A stretch of 63,783 bases of DNA, counting the filler, from Octopus bimaculoides (lineage: Eukaryota), in the NCBI RefSeq assembly GCF_001194135.2. It is 7 parts of 5 records of this genome, joined end to end, with 100 filler letters (N's around TTAATTAATTAA, not from the genome) between each part and the next. Parts side by side here need not be neighbours in the genome. Positions count along the whole stretch, not along the records: positions 1 to 24,962 come from NC_068985.1; 6 more parts are not named here. One strand, 5' to 3'. Shown piece by piece: positions 1-13,593 of the stretch; positions within the stretch are counted from its first letter, which is position 1; each line of letters opens with the position of its first letter. Made by a program: the position numbers and the translations under genes. The notes beneath the pieces were generated by a model. That model was not told the origin of the DNA, did no database searches, and saw only the letters and a list, made by a program, of their open reading frames with translations.

Positions 1-77
1 TATATATATATATATATATATATATGAGAAAAACAAAACAAAACAAAAATTCCATTGCTCATATATTACATACGCAC

Positions 78-108
<31 letters not shown>

Positions 109-126
109 GATACATCCTGGGTTACT

Positions 127-348
127 TACGAGGGGTGCTGAAAAGTTCCTGGCTTTAAGGGTATTGTGAAAGTCCTGGTTGAAGGTCCAATCTTTTGAGT
201 TCTTTTACAGGGCTTAGAAAAACTGAAGGATTGCTGCAATAAGTGTGTGAATCTGAGAGGGGAATATCTTGAATAAAATCATTATTAACTGATCCTCCTG
301 TATTTTCTTTTACCGAATGCCAAGAACTTTTCAGCCCCCCCCCCCTTA
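127..348 (+). mobile_element. Mariner-derived MITE (internally deleted)
   Basis: Left end TA-cgaggggtgctgaaaagttcctggc; the right end read in reverse complement is (g)n-ctgaaaagttcttggc, with TA outside it. Interior 211-276 translates GLEKLKDCCNKCVNLRGEYLE*, resembling a mariner transposase C-terminus. Confidence 0.8.
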
Positions 349-444
349 TATATAGGGGTAGTTTGTAAGGCTGCTTAAATGATTATCAACATATATTTTA
401 TTAAAGCAAAGCAATGAGTTCAACAAAAGGATTTTGCTTAGTGG

Positions 445-886
445 AAAGGTGTGGAAAGAATAAACTCAGGAAGATGTAGGACCAAGTGGTGAATAAGAAT
501 CTTCAGACATTGAGCCTCACAGAAAAGATGACAAGTGATTGAGACTTCTGGCAATTTGTTGTGCTTGAGAAGACATGTCAAGCGAAGTAAAATCATGGTT
601 GTATTTGCATATAGACATATCCTCTGCATCCCCCTTCATCTGAGCATTCCTAATCTTGCAGGCTTGTGGGCGCTGGTGCTATGTAAAAAGTACCTGTGCC
701 AGTGCTGTGTAAATGCACCCAGTACATGTGAAAGTGATTGGTGCTAGGAATGGCATCCAGCTGTAGAAACCATGCCAAAACAGATATGGAATTTGGGCCA
801 CTCTTCAGCTGGCCAATTCCGATCAAACTGTCCAACCCATGCCAGCATGGAAAATGGACATTAAATGATGATGATGATGATGATGA
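445..886 (+). mobile_element. 5'-truncated RTE-clade LINE 3' end with (GAT)n tail
   Basis: Degenerate ORF end ...DQVVNKNLQTLSLTEKMTSD*DFWQFVVLEKTCQAK, then the family 3' UTR (catccagctgtagaaaccatgcc...ccaacccatgccagcatggaaaatggacattaaa) and (GAT)n. Confidence 0.75.
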
Positions 887-1509
887 CCAGGTGTTGTGGT
901 AATAGCTATGTGGTAAGAAGTTTGCTTCCCAACCACATGGTTCCAGGTTCAGTCCCACTGCACAACACCTTGCTTAAGATCCCATGCAGTGGGATCAAAC
1001 CCCAAACCAAGTGGTTGTGAAGTAAAATGCCCAATCACACAACAATACTCTTGCATATATAATAAGTGTGTGTGTGTGCATGAATTAAGTTACTTAAGTT
1101 GTTGTTTCACAGTGAGGGAAGTTCCGACATTTTTAGCACAGTCCTTGTTTGGAGGTGGGGTGGAGGGAGCAAGAGAAAAGTTTTGTGTGTGCTTTCTGAG
1201 ATAGGACACAGTAAGAAGCAGACATGGCTTAGTTGTACAGGCATAAGAGGTAAATGGCGGAAGAGTAGGAGTATCACTGCAATAAGGAAGTGGATGGATC
1301 AAGCGCTAGATGAAATGATTTGTAAAAGGTAATGGATGTGTGTGTTCGTTTGTAGGCAAGGTCAGTGAACAACATAAGAGACTTGCCGATAGAAATGACT
1401 CCGGACAAGTTAGCTCATGTGTAAACAGAAGAATATTCAGTGACAAGATGTAGGACAAGCAGAACTTATAGTCGGACACATACGTATTGACAAAATAGAG
1501 ATATGGATA

Positions 1510-1880
1510 CATCATCATCATTGTCGTTTAATGTCCGCTTTCCATGCTAGCATGGGTTGGACGATTTGACTGAGGACTGGTGAAACCAGACGGCTACACC
1601 AGGCTCCAATCTGATTTGGCAGAGTTTCTACAGCTGGATGCCCTTCCTAACGCCAACCACTCAGAGNNNNNNNNNNTTGGCAGAGTTTCTACAGCTGGAT
1701 GCCCTTCCTAACGCCAACCACTCAGAGAGTGTAGTGGGTGCTTTTACGTGCCACCGGCACGAGGGCCCGTCAGGCAGTACTGGCAATGGCCACGCTCGAA
1801 ATGGTGTATTTTATGTGCCACCTGCACAGGAGCAAGTCTATCGGCACTGGCAACGACCTCGCTTGAATGTCTTTTCATGC
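1510..1880 (-). mobile_element. RTE LINE 3' UTR copy (young, CpG-retaining)
   Basis: Reverse complement of the same 3' UTR as at 20555-20830, with (ATC)n at 1511-1521. The 10-N gap at 1667-1676 is flanked by duplicated sequence. Confidence 0.75.
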
Positions 1881-2784
1881 ACTTAGGCAGCAGTGGGAGC
1901 AGTGTCCTCAGTCGGCATGGTAACGTTAGTATGTGTCTTCCCACAATAGGAAACATTTTACTAGAGACATGAGGGGTAATGCTCGTACAAAATAACAAGT
2001 GGGGCAGGATGAAATTAGGAAGAGAAGATGGGGAAACAGTCATCGAAGGGCCAAGGGAGAAAAAGTTCTGAGGGTGAATATGGTGTGTTGTTATTTGTGT
2101 TTCCTGAACCCCATGGTATGCAGAAATGCTGGATACCAAGAATTGGTTAATAGAGATACCATTGGTTAATAGAGATACCAAGAATTGGTTAATAGAGTGA
2201 CCAGGTGTGTTGGAATGGTGAGTTAGAGATAGGCTAGGAGTGTATTGAACAATGCTACAAAGATGCCCATAGAAGTGGCTTGTATCAACAGTGTAGAGAG
2301 CCCTGCAAAATTTGTATGTGATGTATTATATGATATTGGGGACATGCAACTGAAGTTTTATGCGATTTAAGGCTGGTGATGGTTGTGTTAATGGGAACAA
2401 TGAATCTGTGTTGTGGGTGAACTTCTTGTAGCCATTTTATTTCTCTCCTGTTTCTAAGAGATACCCACAGTGAAACACCAACCACCCATACACATGGGAC
2501 TTGAACCCACACTTCTATGCATTCATGACAAGTGTACTACAGTTACACTAATGTACTCCTGACTATTTTCTGTCAGATTTAAGAATTGTAATTTCATAGG
2601 GGCCTCAGACCTCCCACAATAACTTAGGGATCACATAGTGAGGCATGGACTTTATGCAACAACCTGATGTTTTGAACAAACCAGGGAGTAGAGTCTTTAT
2701 ATGGTAACTTGATCTGTTAGAAAGTGCAGTCAAATCTATTACACTGAATTCCGAGATATATAAGCTGTTTTGTGTGTGCTTCTT

Positions 2785-3230
2785 ATTTGATGTTATTACT
2801 GTTTAGCCCCGATTCTGCTCTGATCCTGAAGACCTATAATCACAGTCTTCCAGCCATGATCATTCCTGTACATTTTCATATAATATGCCTATGGCACAAC
2901 ATTAATTTGTGCTCATTAAACAAAACGAAAAAAGTGATTTGGGGGTATTTTTTGTAAGTTGAGTAAACACTATTGTTTTTGTTGTCAGTGTCTTTTATTG
3001 AAATTAGAATCTAATTTTTGTCATTGTTCAGTCTAGACCAGTCCAAATGAAGAATACGTAGGGCGAAAAGTATCCTTGCTGTAATCATCCTGTTTTGCTC
3101 AGATATAATGTAATCAAGGACTACATTAACCAATGTGTTGTTTTTTGAAAAGACTGTAAAGTACAATTTAAAGGATATTTAGCTGTTGTTTCTAACAAGT
3201 AGCATGACTATATTTATGAGATAGACACCC
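2785..3230. repeat. Unclassified interspersed repeat family
   Basis: Motifs gtttagcccc...gacctat(a/g)atca...ccagccatga(t/c)cat and ...gatatttagctgttgtttcta recur at about 5140-5400 (reverse), 20075-20250 and 42815-43000. Confidence 0.5.
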
Positions 3231-3337
3231 TTGTCAGCTTAGAAACTAGTATTTATATGAGAGAAAGAAGGAGGGTCTTGTTTCTGTGTTGCAGGTAAGG
3301 GACAGAAAATGAAAGATGGATAAGAAGTATGAATGTT

Positions 3338-3376
<39 letters not shown>

Positions 3377-4266
3377 CTATCTATCTATTTATCTATCTAT
3401 ATATGTATATATATATATATATATATATACAGAGAGAGAGAGAGAGATGTAAAGAGAGAAAAGTGAGCTGTTATGTTTGTGTGTTGTAGGTGAGGGAGAG
3501 GAATTTGTGATGAAAAATTGTAGAACGTTGTGAAGCTATGGAGACAGAATCAGATCGATAACCTATAACATAGCTACTAAATACAGTAGCTTCTAACACG
3601 TGGTGGTGGGAGTAGTGTTGGAGATGATGGTGATAGCAGAAAAAGATAGCTGCAGAGAAGGGAGAAGGAGCTAGTACTCAATCTTGCTACAGGCTTTTGC
3701 TTTTACAAACACACACACACATCGTAGATACACACACATAAATACAAACAAACATACACATGTATATATAAGTAGAAGTACATGAAGGAATTGGGTGTGT
3801 GAGAAGTCTATGGCTGATGGCTTNNNNNNNNNNNNNNNNNNNNNNNNNNNNNNNNNNNNNNNNNNNNNNNNNNNNNNNNNNNNNNNNNNNNNNNNNNNNN
3901 NNNNNNNNNNNNNNNNNNNNNNNNNNNNNNNNNNNNNNNNNNNNNNNNNNNNNNNNNNNNNNNNNNNNNNNNNNNNNNNNNNNNNNNNNNNNNNNNNNNN
4001 NNNNNNNNNNNNNNNNNNNNNNNNNNNNNNNNNNNNNNNNNNNNNNNNNNNNNNNNNNNNNNNNNNNNNNNNNNNNNNNNNNNNNNNNNNNNNNNNNNNN
4101 NNNNNNNNNNNNNNNNNNNNNNNNNNNNNNNNNNNNNNNNNNNNNNNNNNNNNNNNNNNNNNNNNNNNNNNNNNNNNNNNNNNNNNNNNNNNNNNNNNNN
4201 NNNNNNNNNNNNNNNNNNNNNNNNNNNNNNNNNNNNNNNNNNNNNNNNNNNNNNNNNNNNNNNNNN

Positions 4267-4301
<35 letters not shown>

Positions 4302-4323
4302 GCATATACACGCACATATACAG

Positions 4324-4354
<31 letters not shown>

Positions 4355-4641
4355 CTTGTATATATTCACATATACACACACATTTATACACATACATGCA
4401 CACACATACATATACATACATGCACAGACATATGTATGTATGTTTGTATGTATGTATGTATGTATATGTGTATGAGTGTGTTGACAACTGATGCTAATTT
4501 TTTTACATTTCTGAAACTTGGTTGTTCAGCAAAAGAGATTGACAGAAGAACCAGACTTCAAAAGAATAAGTATTGGGGGCTGATTTGTTTGATTAAACCC
4601 TTTAAAGAGGTGACACTGAATAGTGTATAGTGTCTGTGTGT

Positions 4642-4705
<64 letters not shown>

Positions 4706-5805
4706 TAGTCCACACTGTAAAACAGTTGGCCTTTGGAAGGACATTCAGCTTTAAAAACAATGCCAAAATTGACCTTGCTTGTGCTGGTGCTATGTTAAAA
4801 AAGCACACAGTCCACTCTGCAGGGTGGTTGGAGTTAGGAAGGGCATCCAGCTGTGAAAATCATGTCAAAACAGACACTGAAGCTTGGTGCAGTTTTCTGC
4901 CTAGCCAGCTACTTTCAAACCGTCCAACCTAAGCCAGGGAACAATAACTGCCACAATAATTGCCACGTGGTTGCTCCACAGTCGTCAACATCCTGGAACT
5001 CCTATACCAGAGCCCCACTATTGAATATAGTTTAAAGTTATACCCAGGACATATACATACATACATACATACATACAAACATGTGTCCTCACACATGACA
5101 CACCTACAAAAATTCACACACACACATGTAGACACTCACAAGTATTCATATATCTACAGAAACACACATACACATACAAGCCACTGAAAGAGCTTCTATG
5201 CAGGCACTTGACGTGCTAGAAATAGCAGTAAAATTTTCCTCAAACTTTACCTTCCTTACCATATTAAAAAATAAAGAAGGGCATATTGATTAGCCAGTAC
5301 AGTCTTTGAGTATCAAACGAAGGGATGGTTTATGACTCAAGAGCTTTTGTTTGCAGGTTGATCAGGACTGACCTAGGGCTAAACACAGTATGAAAAAGAA
5401 GTGGAAAGACAATGTTTCTGCTGCTGCTAACTTAGATACAAATGGACAAACTAGGCAGAGGCATGGCTGTGTGGTTAAGAAGCTTGTTTTGCAACCATGT
5501 AGTTTCAGTTTCAGTGCCACTGCATGGAATTTAGGGCAAGTGTCTTTTACTGTAGGCCTAGGTTGACCAATGCCCTGTGAGTAAATTTGGGAGAGAGAAA
5601 CTGTGTGGAAGCCCAACACACACACACATATCCCATGACCACTGAGAACTAATGTTGGTTTGTTTATGTCCCTATAACTTAGAAGTTCTGCAAGAGGCCA
5701 ACAAAATAAGTAAAAAAATAAGCAATGGGGAGAGGAGGAAATTTGTTCAACTAACGGTGCCCCAGCATGGCCAGAGCCCAATGACTAATTAAGCAAGTAA
5801 AAGAT

Positions 5806-5962
5806 AGGCATGGCTGTGTGCTAAGAAGCTTGCTTCCCAACCACATGGCCCTGGGTTCAGACTCACTGAGTGGCACCTTGGGCAAATGTCTTCTACTATA
5901 ACCTTAGGCCAACCAAAGCTTTGTGAGTGGATTTGGTAGGCAGAAACTGAAAGAAGCCCATG

Positions 5963-6035
<73 letters not shown>

Positions 6036-6245
6036 TTTGTGTCTGTGTTTGTCTCCCCACCATTACTTGACAACCGATGTTGGTGTGTATATGTCCCACC
6101 AAGTTCGGCAAAAAAGACTGATAGAATACGTACTAGGCTAACAAAGAATAGGTCCTGAGGTCAGTTTCTTCAACTAAAACCCTTTAAGGCAGTGCTCTAG
6201 TATGGCTGCAGTCAGATGACTGAAATGTGTAAAAAAGCAAAAGAA
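5806..6245 (+). mobile_element. tRNA-derived composite SINE (family A) with internal (TA)n(TG)n
   Basis: Head with A-box-like ggctgtgtgctaag and B-box-like gggttcagactc; body ccttgggcaa...gtggatttggtag...gaaactgaaagaagccc; then a microsatellite, then 3' half ending cagtca(a/g)atgactgaaa. More than 15 related copies in the window. Confidence 0.85.
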
Positions 6246-6399
6246 TATATAGACACACACACACACACACACGTTGAGTATATACTGTTGTTAGTGTTTT
6301 GGCATTGATGATGGTGGCTATTTAGTTCTTCTCTCTTTGTCTGTCATTCTATACACACACATATATATATATATATGCACTCATATACACCCTTTTTTA

Positions 6400-7077
6400 C
6401 CTGTAAGATTGCACATGAGTAGGAAAGTGTACTAAAGTTGTGGCTAAAGCAGCAGTTACACACACACACACACACACCCACACACATACATATGGATTGT
6501 TACATTGCATTAATGAGACACATACATTCAAACAGTGAATGACATGTAATGAAACACATACACACACATGCACAGACTTAATACATAAGACACATACATA
6601 TAAACATATATAAAAATACATGCACACACACAGAGATACACAGGGTGATATGAACAGCGACATGCCATATACTCAAACACACACACATGCACAAACATAT
6701 AACATATGCACAAGTTTACACACAAACACCTGCACAAATAGTGACGTCCCATACAAGACACACACACACACACACCCTCACTCATGAAAACAGGTAGTAA
6801 TAGTAAAGTGTGTGCTAGGGTGGATGCCTTGTTCATCGGTATTCCTGCTGTGTCTTCCAGTTACCATAGCAGCATTAGCAGCATAGTAAGCAGCAGCAGC
6901 AAGCTATTTTAGGGGTGTTTTTTCAAAGAAAAATTATATATGTAATGAAGAATATATTTACATAAAGAACTGGATTGCTTAAGTGTTCACATATAAGTAT
7001 TTGTGCACACACATGTATGCACAAGACATGTCCATACACACATACAAATATATACAAACATATATGTCTACACACAC

Positions 7078-7136
<59 letters not shown>

Positions 7137-7614
7137 CGCACATACATATATATATATCCACACATACATATCCATACACATACAGATATCTCCACACACA
7201 CACACACACACACATATATCCATACACACACATATCCACACACACACACACATCCATACAAACATATACCTTCATACACATATCCATGCACACATATATA
7301 TACATGGTTACACACACACACACCCACACACAAATATGTTCTACACTCATTCATAAAACTTTAAAACATGCATCCTCACATTTGCCTTTCTTATTCCATC
7401 TACACATATATCAATGTAAATCTCTGCATACACTCCCAAAACATACACACATTGATAATATATTAATGTTTTCAACTGGTTTTTGATCCAGATTATGTGC
7501 ATATATTGTTCATCAGAATACATATACACCCAACCTGAATACACACTCATGCATGCATTCGTGTTGAGTGTATGTAGATAGTTTGAATAAGAAACCAGTT
7601 GGGAATGTTTCTGA

Positions 7615-7640
<26 letters not shown>
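6400..7640. repeat. Low-complexity CA/TA microsatellite-rich tract
   Basis: Imperfect (CA)n, (TA)n and (TG)n runs; source of the HT/YI/CV-rich spurious ORFs. Confidence 0.9.
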
Positions 7641-7649
<9 letters not shown>

Positions 7650-7714
7650 CTCTGTTGGCATTTAAAGGTCTCTCTCTCGGAGTAAAAGGCAGGTTGTATG
7701 ATACTTGTGTATGA

Positions 7715-8110
7715 ACAAAAACACCACATGGTAGTGAGACTTGGGCCCTGAATGCAGAAGACATATGAAGGCTAGAAAGAAATGAAGTTAATATATTCCA
7801 TTGGATGTGCAATATCAGTGTGTATGTGTGACAAAGTGTTGATGTCTTGAGAGAAAAATTAGACATAAGTGGAATTGGTTGTAGTGTGCAAGAGAAAAGA
7901 CTGCATTGGTTTGGTATGTGATGCATACGTAAGAGGACAGATGAAAGTATGAAGAAATGCCTGTTGCTCAAAGTAGAAGACAGAGACCCAGGAAAACATG
8001 GGACAAAGTAGTGAAAGCTGATCTCAAGATACTGAACGTCACAGAGATGAAAAAGGACCAAGGTGCTTTGTGATTCCCTGTGCTTGAGAAGACCTATCCA
8101 ACAGGGCAAA
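7715..8110 (+). mobile_element. RTE LINE reverse transcriptase C-terminal remnant
   Basis: Translates with stops and frameshifts as GSETWALNAEDI*RLERNEVNIFHWMCNIS...LREKLDISGIGCSVQEKRLHWFG...PRKTWDKVVKADLKILNV, typical of RTE ORF C-termini. Confidence 0.85.
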
Positions 8111-8304
8111 AAATGATACCCTAAATGCACCTTAGTTATGCTTGGGTAAGCTAGACAGGGCAGAAAGGGTAAAGGGGCCCCTGCCCTTCAATCTTTCCTA
8201 ATACCTCATCCTTTAACACACACCACTCTTCTGTCTTTGGCACTGCTTAGCTGTGGTAATCACTTGTGTGTAGAATTGGTACATATTACATCCCCACCAC
8301 TTAA

Positions 8305-8507
8305 TGGCGGTGAGCTGGCAGAAATGTTAGCACGCTGGGCAAAATGTTTAGCAGTATTTTGTCTGTCTTTACGTTCTGAGTTCAAATTCTGTTGGGGTCG
8401 ACTTTGTCTTTCATCCTTTTGGGGGGGTCGATAAATTAAGTACCAGTTGCATACTGGGGTTGATCTAATTGACTGCCCCCCCTACCCCAAAATTTCAGGC
8501 CTTGTGC
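8305..8507 (+). mobile_element. tRNA-derived SINE (family C)
   Basis: ggcggtgagctggcagaaatgttagc head, B-box gagttcaaattc, body gtcgactttg(t/c)ctttcatccttt...gtcgataaattaagtaccag...tactggggttgat; truncated by an N gap. Confidence 0.85.
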
Positions 8508-8828
8508 NNNNNNNNNNNNNNNNNNNNNNNNNNNNNNNNNNNNNNNNNNNNNNNNNNNNNNNNNNNNNNNNNNNNNNNNNNNNNNNNNNNNNNNCCAACT
8601 TCTTTGCACATCCAGTTATCTGCCTCCTTCCCTGCTGGAACCAGTTCTACCGTTCTTTCTCATCTCTTCCCACACTATTTCCGGCAATAATCTTTTGCTG
8701 TGACTTCAATCATTGCTCTTTCTCTCCTCTACCATATTCCATTTTTAATACCTCTTACATTGGCCATCATGACCCACCTACTGTAGCCCCCGTCCCCCAT
8801 TATACCTTTACACCTCCCTCTCCACCAC

Positions 8829-9060
8829 TCTTTTACTCTCTTTTACTCTTTTACTTGTTTCAGTCATTTGACTGCAGTCATGCTGGAGCACTGCCTTTAG
8901 CCGAGCAAATCGACCCCAGGACTTATTCTTCGTAAGCCTGATACTTATTCTATCGGTCTCTTTTTGCCGACCCGCTAAGTTACTGGGACGTAAACACACC
9001 AGCATCGGTTGTCAAGCGATGTTGGAGGGGACAAACACAGACGCACAAGCATATACACAC

Positions 9061-9103
<43 letters not shown>

Positions 9104-9274
9104 CATATATACAATGAGCTTCTTTCAGTTTTCATCTACTAAATCCACTCACAAGGCTTTGGTTGGTCCAAGGCTATAGTAGAAGACACTTGCCCAAGGT
9201 ACCATGCAATGGGACTGAACCCAGAACCATGTGGCTGGTTAGCAAGCTACTTCCCACACAGCCACTCCTGCGCC
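8829..9274 (-). mobile_element. SINE family A, full length, minus strand
   Basis: Reverse complement of family A, with (CTCTTTTA)n 3' tail at 8829-8853 and internal (TA)n. Confidence 0.85.
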
Positions 9275-9838
9275 TATACCTCCTATACCTTTTATACTAC
9301 TCCCCACTTATTTTCTGATGTATTCTCCATCCTGGGTTACTTCTATATCTCACACCTTACTCTGTCCTCATACTGGTATTTCTCCTCAAATGCACCTCCA
9401 CCATTTTGCATTTTGAGATGCTCTGGTATCTGGTCACCAGCATCTCAGTCTTCTTTCCAGCCATTTACACACACTCATATATAATGTAGAGCAACCACAT
9501 ATCTCCCTATAGCAAATCGCCTGGGTTTGTCTTTCTAGGACACTTTAACCTCACAATACCCAGCATAATTCACCCCTGTCCCCAGTCAAGTATTTTTTTT
9601 TTTATTCATCCTGTTCCTTTTTTGTCATGCAAGTTAGTTATCTCTCTAGTGCCAGTGGCATGAAAAAAAAGTACCCAGTACATACTGTTAAGTGGTTGGC
9701 ATTAGAAAGGGTACCTAGCTGTAGAAACCATGACAAAGCTGAAATTGGAGCCCAAAGCAGCCCTGTGGCTTGATGGAATCTGTCAAACTGTCCAACCCAT
9801 GCCAACATGGGAAATAGATATTAAATGATGATAGATAT

Positions 9839-9874
<36 letters not shown>

Positions 9875-10739
9875 CACTATCTAACTATATCATCATCAAC
9901 ATCATGATATAGTTAGATAATGATGTGTGAGTTTTTACATATGTGTATACATGTGTGTGTGTATCTATCATTGTCATTTAATATCTTTTTCCCATGTTGG
10001 CATGGGTTGGACAGTTTGACAGATTCCAGCAAGACATAGAGCTGCTTTGGTCTCCAATTTTAGCTTTGTCATGGTTTCTACAGCTGGGTACCCTTTCTAA
10101 TGCCAACCACTTAACATTATGTACTGGGTGCTTTTTTCATGCCACTGGCACTAGAGAGATAACATATTTATACATATATATAAATTAATGAATGACAGAG
10201 AAACAGGAGTTGTCTAATCACTTTCATTAGCTTACTGCCATTTCTGCTATAAGAAGCACTGAACACAGAGCCAAGAGCTTATGCAACATCTTATAGCTTC
10301 TACAGAACTAGTTAAATGAAGTGAATGATTGTTGTGGAAAGCATTTAAATACATAAATAACAAGCTTTGCAACTTGATATTTTAAATAAATAGTTAAGAG
10401 CCAGCTGCCATATCTAATGAAATGAACCAAGAATTATTTCTAGTTAATTGAAATTATACTCATAATATGAATAAATATCATTTGCATTAATGACAATTCT
10501 TTTTAAAGGTGGCAAGGGAGAAAACTCTGGAATCTAAGTGAATTAAAAATTAAATGGAAATATATGTAGCATAGAAGTGAGACTGGTGTCTGTTAAATAT
10601 AGTAACAACTCTAAATATGTTTCAACTTAATGTGAACACCTCAGTGTAGCTTGACTCATAACTACCAAATCTAAGAATGATTTTCAGAGGATATACTTTT
10701 TGATAATTACTTGCTGATTAAGTGATATATAATAATGAA

Positions 10740-11230
10740 CTATTGATTTTTAGATAGTTGATGTGGCTCCTGGCTATCAGAAGTAACCATCATTAGGTTT
10801 TCTGGTTGGATTCCTGAGCACAACCAACTGACATTATGGATATTATCCCATCATCTTGTTCTTGATCTACCCCTGTGGAGAGACTCCCTGATCTCTGAGA
10901 TATGCACCCTCTCAAGTAATACCACTGCAGAGACTCTTTACAGGAACCCCATTTTGGTCACTTGTATTCACGCTTATACTCTTTCGGTCCATCACCTAAC
11001 AGTCATGACCTTAGGTGAAGACAGGCACAAAAGCCAAATTGAAGATAGCCAAACTCACTTTGTATAAATAAACAAGTTCTTTCTCTAACATAGAGAATAA
11101 CTATGTTTTGTTCCTTGTATTATTTTCATCTTCCAGTTCTTCCCATTATCATTGATCTCTATTTTCATCACTTCCATGACAGCTTTTCATAGCAAATGCA
11201 CAAACTTCATAATTTCTGATTCAGATCTTT
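10740..11230 (-). mobile_element. Highly degraded RTE (Rex3/Expander-like) RT remnant
   Basis: Minus-strand translation includes FVPVFT*GHDC*VMDRK, resembling the RTE motif FVPTLTYGHELWVMTER; many stops. Confidence 0.5.
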
Positions 11231-13593
11231 ATTTAAAATATAGGGGCCCTGGAAGGAAAGGTCAATGAAGGGTATGTTTATAGTGGAAAGCATTTAAATA
11301 TATGCGTATTTAAATACTTTCTGCTATAAACATACACTTCATTTAAACCACTAAGTCACAGGGATGTAAACAAATCCATACTGGTTGTCAAACGGTGGTG
11401 GGGGACAAAAACACACACATACACACGATGGGTTTCTTTCAGTTTCCCTCTACCAAATCTACTCTCAAGACGTTGGTTGGCCCGAGGTTATAGTAGGAGA
11501 CACTTGCCCAATAAAGTTCATGAGGTCCCTCTGAAACTAGTTGTTGAAATTTCTGAATTTGTTGTTACTAAGATTAATTCATCTGTCACAATCTAAGATA
11601 TATTATCTCATGTAGACATGCATTGCTGTGTAGATACATGTTTTCAGTTGCCATCCCTTTGCAAGGTACATTGTGTCAATCAATGTTTTATGAGTGGAAT
11701 TGGTAGATGGAAACTGTATGGAAGCCCATCATGCATGCTTTTGTGTGTGTGTTTGTGTGAGTGTTTACCTTTTGTGTGTATGTGTGAGTGTTTACCTTTT
11801 CCATGACACTGTTTGAGCAAAACAGTGATGTTAATGTTTACATTCCCTGCAAGCCACACGTCCTGTAGTTCTGCACTTTCAAAGACGAGTGAAATAAAAA
11901 AAGTCCTTTACTTGAAAAACAGGTAAGGGTTTGTTAATAAAAAGGGCATCTGGCTATAAAATACTGCCTCAAAATAAATATTTTGTGGCAGTATGCTTTT
12001 TCTTTTAGTTGCCTTTGATGAAATTCAGGTAACTGGTATACATATTTAAAAAAAACCCAGTAAACCTCACACATCTAACTATAAAAACCTTCACTGAATT
12101 CTTTGTTTACCAAATAGCATGCATACATTCTCTAATCCCTGAATATCATGTTCTGCTCAGACTCAAGATAACTTAATTAATGGCTAGTCATTAAATTTCT
12201 AGAATAACTTCTAGATAATAACTTATATTTACTTAATCTAGCAACGTTTCATTGACAGATTTCCTTATCTTTCTTTGTCTTTGTTGACAGTCCAAATAAC
12301 CAGTACTCTTTAAACCACACACCACCCTCTTTTCACAAACATCGTTTTCCCTTTATGCATTCTCGTCCCCTACTATTCTCGTTCCCTTCCTTTCTCGAAA
12401 GTTCTTCATTAGTTGGATGTTGGCACCACATAGCTGAACCTTCCCTATCAATATTTAGTCAGTGATGTTGTGAAATCCATACTGTACATTATAGATTTCC
12501 AATGGAGATGCTGTAACTTGTACAACGGAAGTATATAATCTAACTAAACAAATATTTTATGCACTCATTTATTATCATCATCATTATTATTATTATTATT
12601 ATTATTATCATTATTATTATTATTACTATCAAGCTGCTACTTGGATCTCAATATTTACCTTTAACTACCAGAGTGAACATTAATGCTAACCTTCTGATAC
12701 AGTATTAGAGGTGGTGGTGTGGTGGTAGCAGTTGTAGTATTGGTGGTGGTGTTAGTAATAGTGGTGGTAGCTGTGGCAATAGTAACAGTAATGGTAGTGG
12801 TGGTGGTGTTAGAAGTGGCTCCCTAACATATTCCAGTCTCTGGCTCAGCACAATACTAATAGAGTATAGTAATTTATCTTAGTTGATCCCATAGTTAGTT
12901 TCTCTGGAGTTTCCATGATGTAAAAGCTCAAGGGTAACAGGCTACTGGATTAGCTAATGTACACACACGCATGCACATACACACGTGCGCACTCGCACAC
13001 ACACACACACAACACAGTCAGCAACAACAATGAAAAACAAGAATGTTGAGAAATCTAGATCATGCATAAATTATCGATGGGTGGCTACAGCTTTCATAAT
13101 CAGTCTCAGTGTGATGAGATTGAGCAGTGATTGTGTGCACGCTGGTATTTTCACAGCAATCAGACAGACAGCTTCCTGCGAGGACGCTGGTATTTGAAAT
13201 TCAATCAGCTGTCAAGTTCCTCTTCATGCTCCTTATATTGCTGATTCCAATTATAGCCAACTACCAACTTCTTTTGCTATTTTGGTTTATTGAATTTTTG
13301 CTATTTTCCCACTTTTTATTAAAATATTTCTTTGAACTAAAAAATTAGATTTTAAAATAATTCCAAAGAATGGGAGAGATGGGGGGGAAACAGAAGCAGA
13401 CAATCTGCTTGCATGAGTGTGTGATGCTTTTAGTTCTCTGCAATCCACTACATTTGGTAATGGGTTATTGTTTAATCCCAAAAGAAACAGAGTAAACCTA
13501 TAACACAAAAAGTGTTCCAACCATGACCATCCCAGAAAATTTTTGGTTCAGTTCCTAGTCAAGATTAAGTATCAGAGATGGGAGAAATCGAAG

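Noticed and set aside
1615-1725. Short direct duplications across 10-N gaps (also 16148-16270)
   Set aside because: Typical unresolved contig overlaps.
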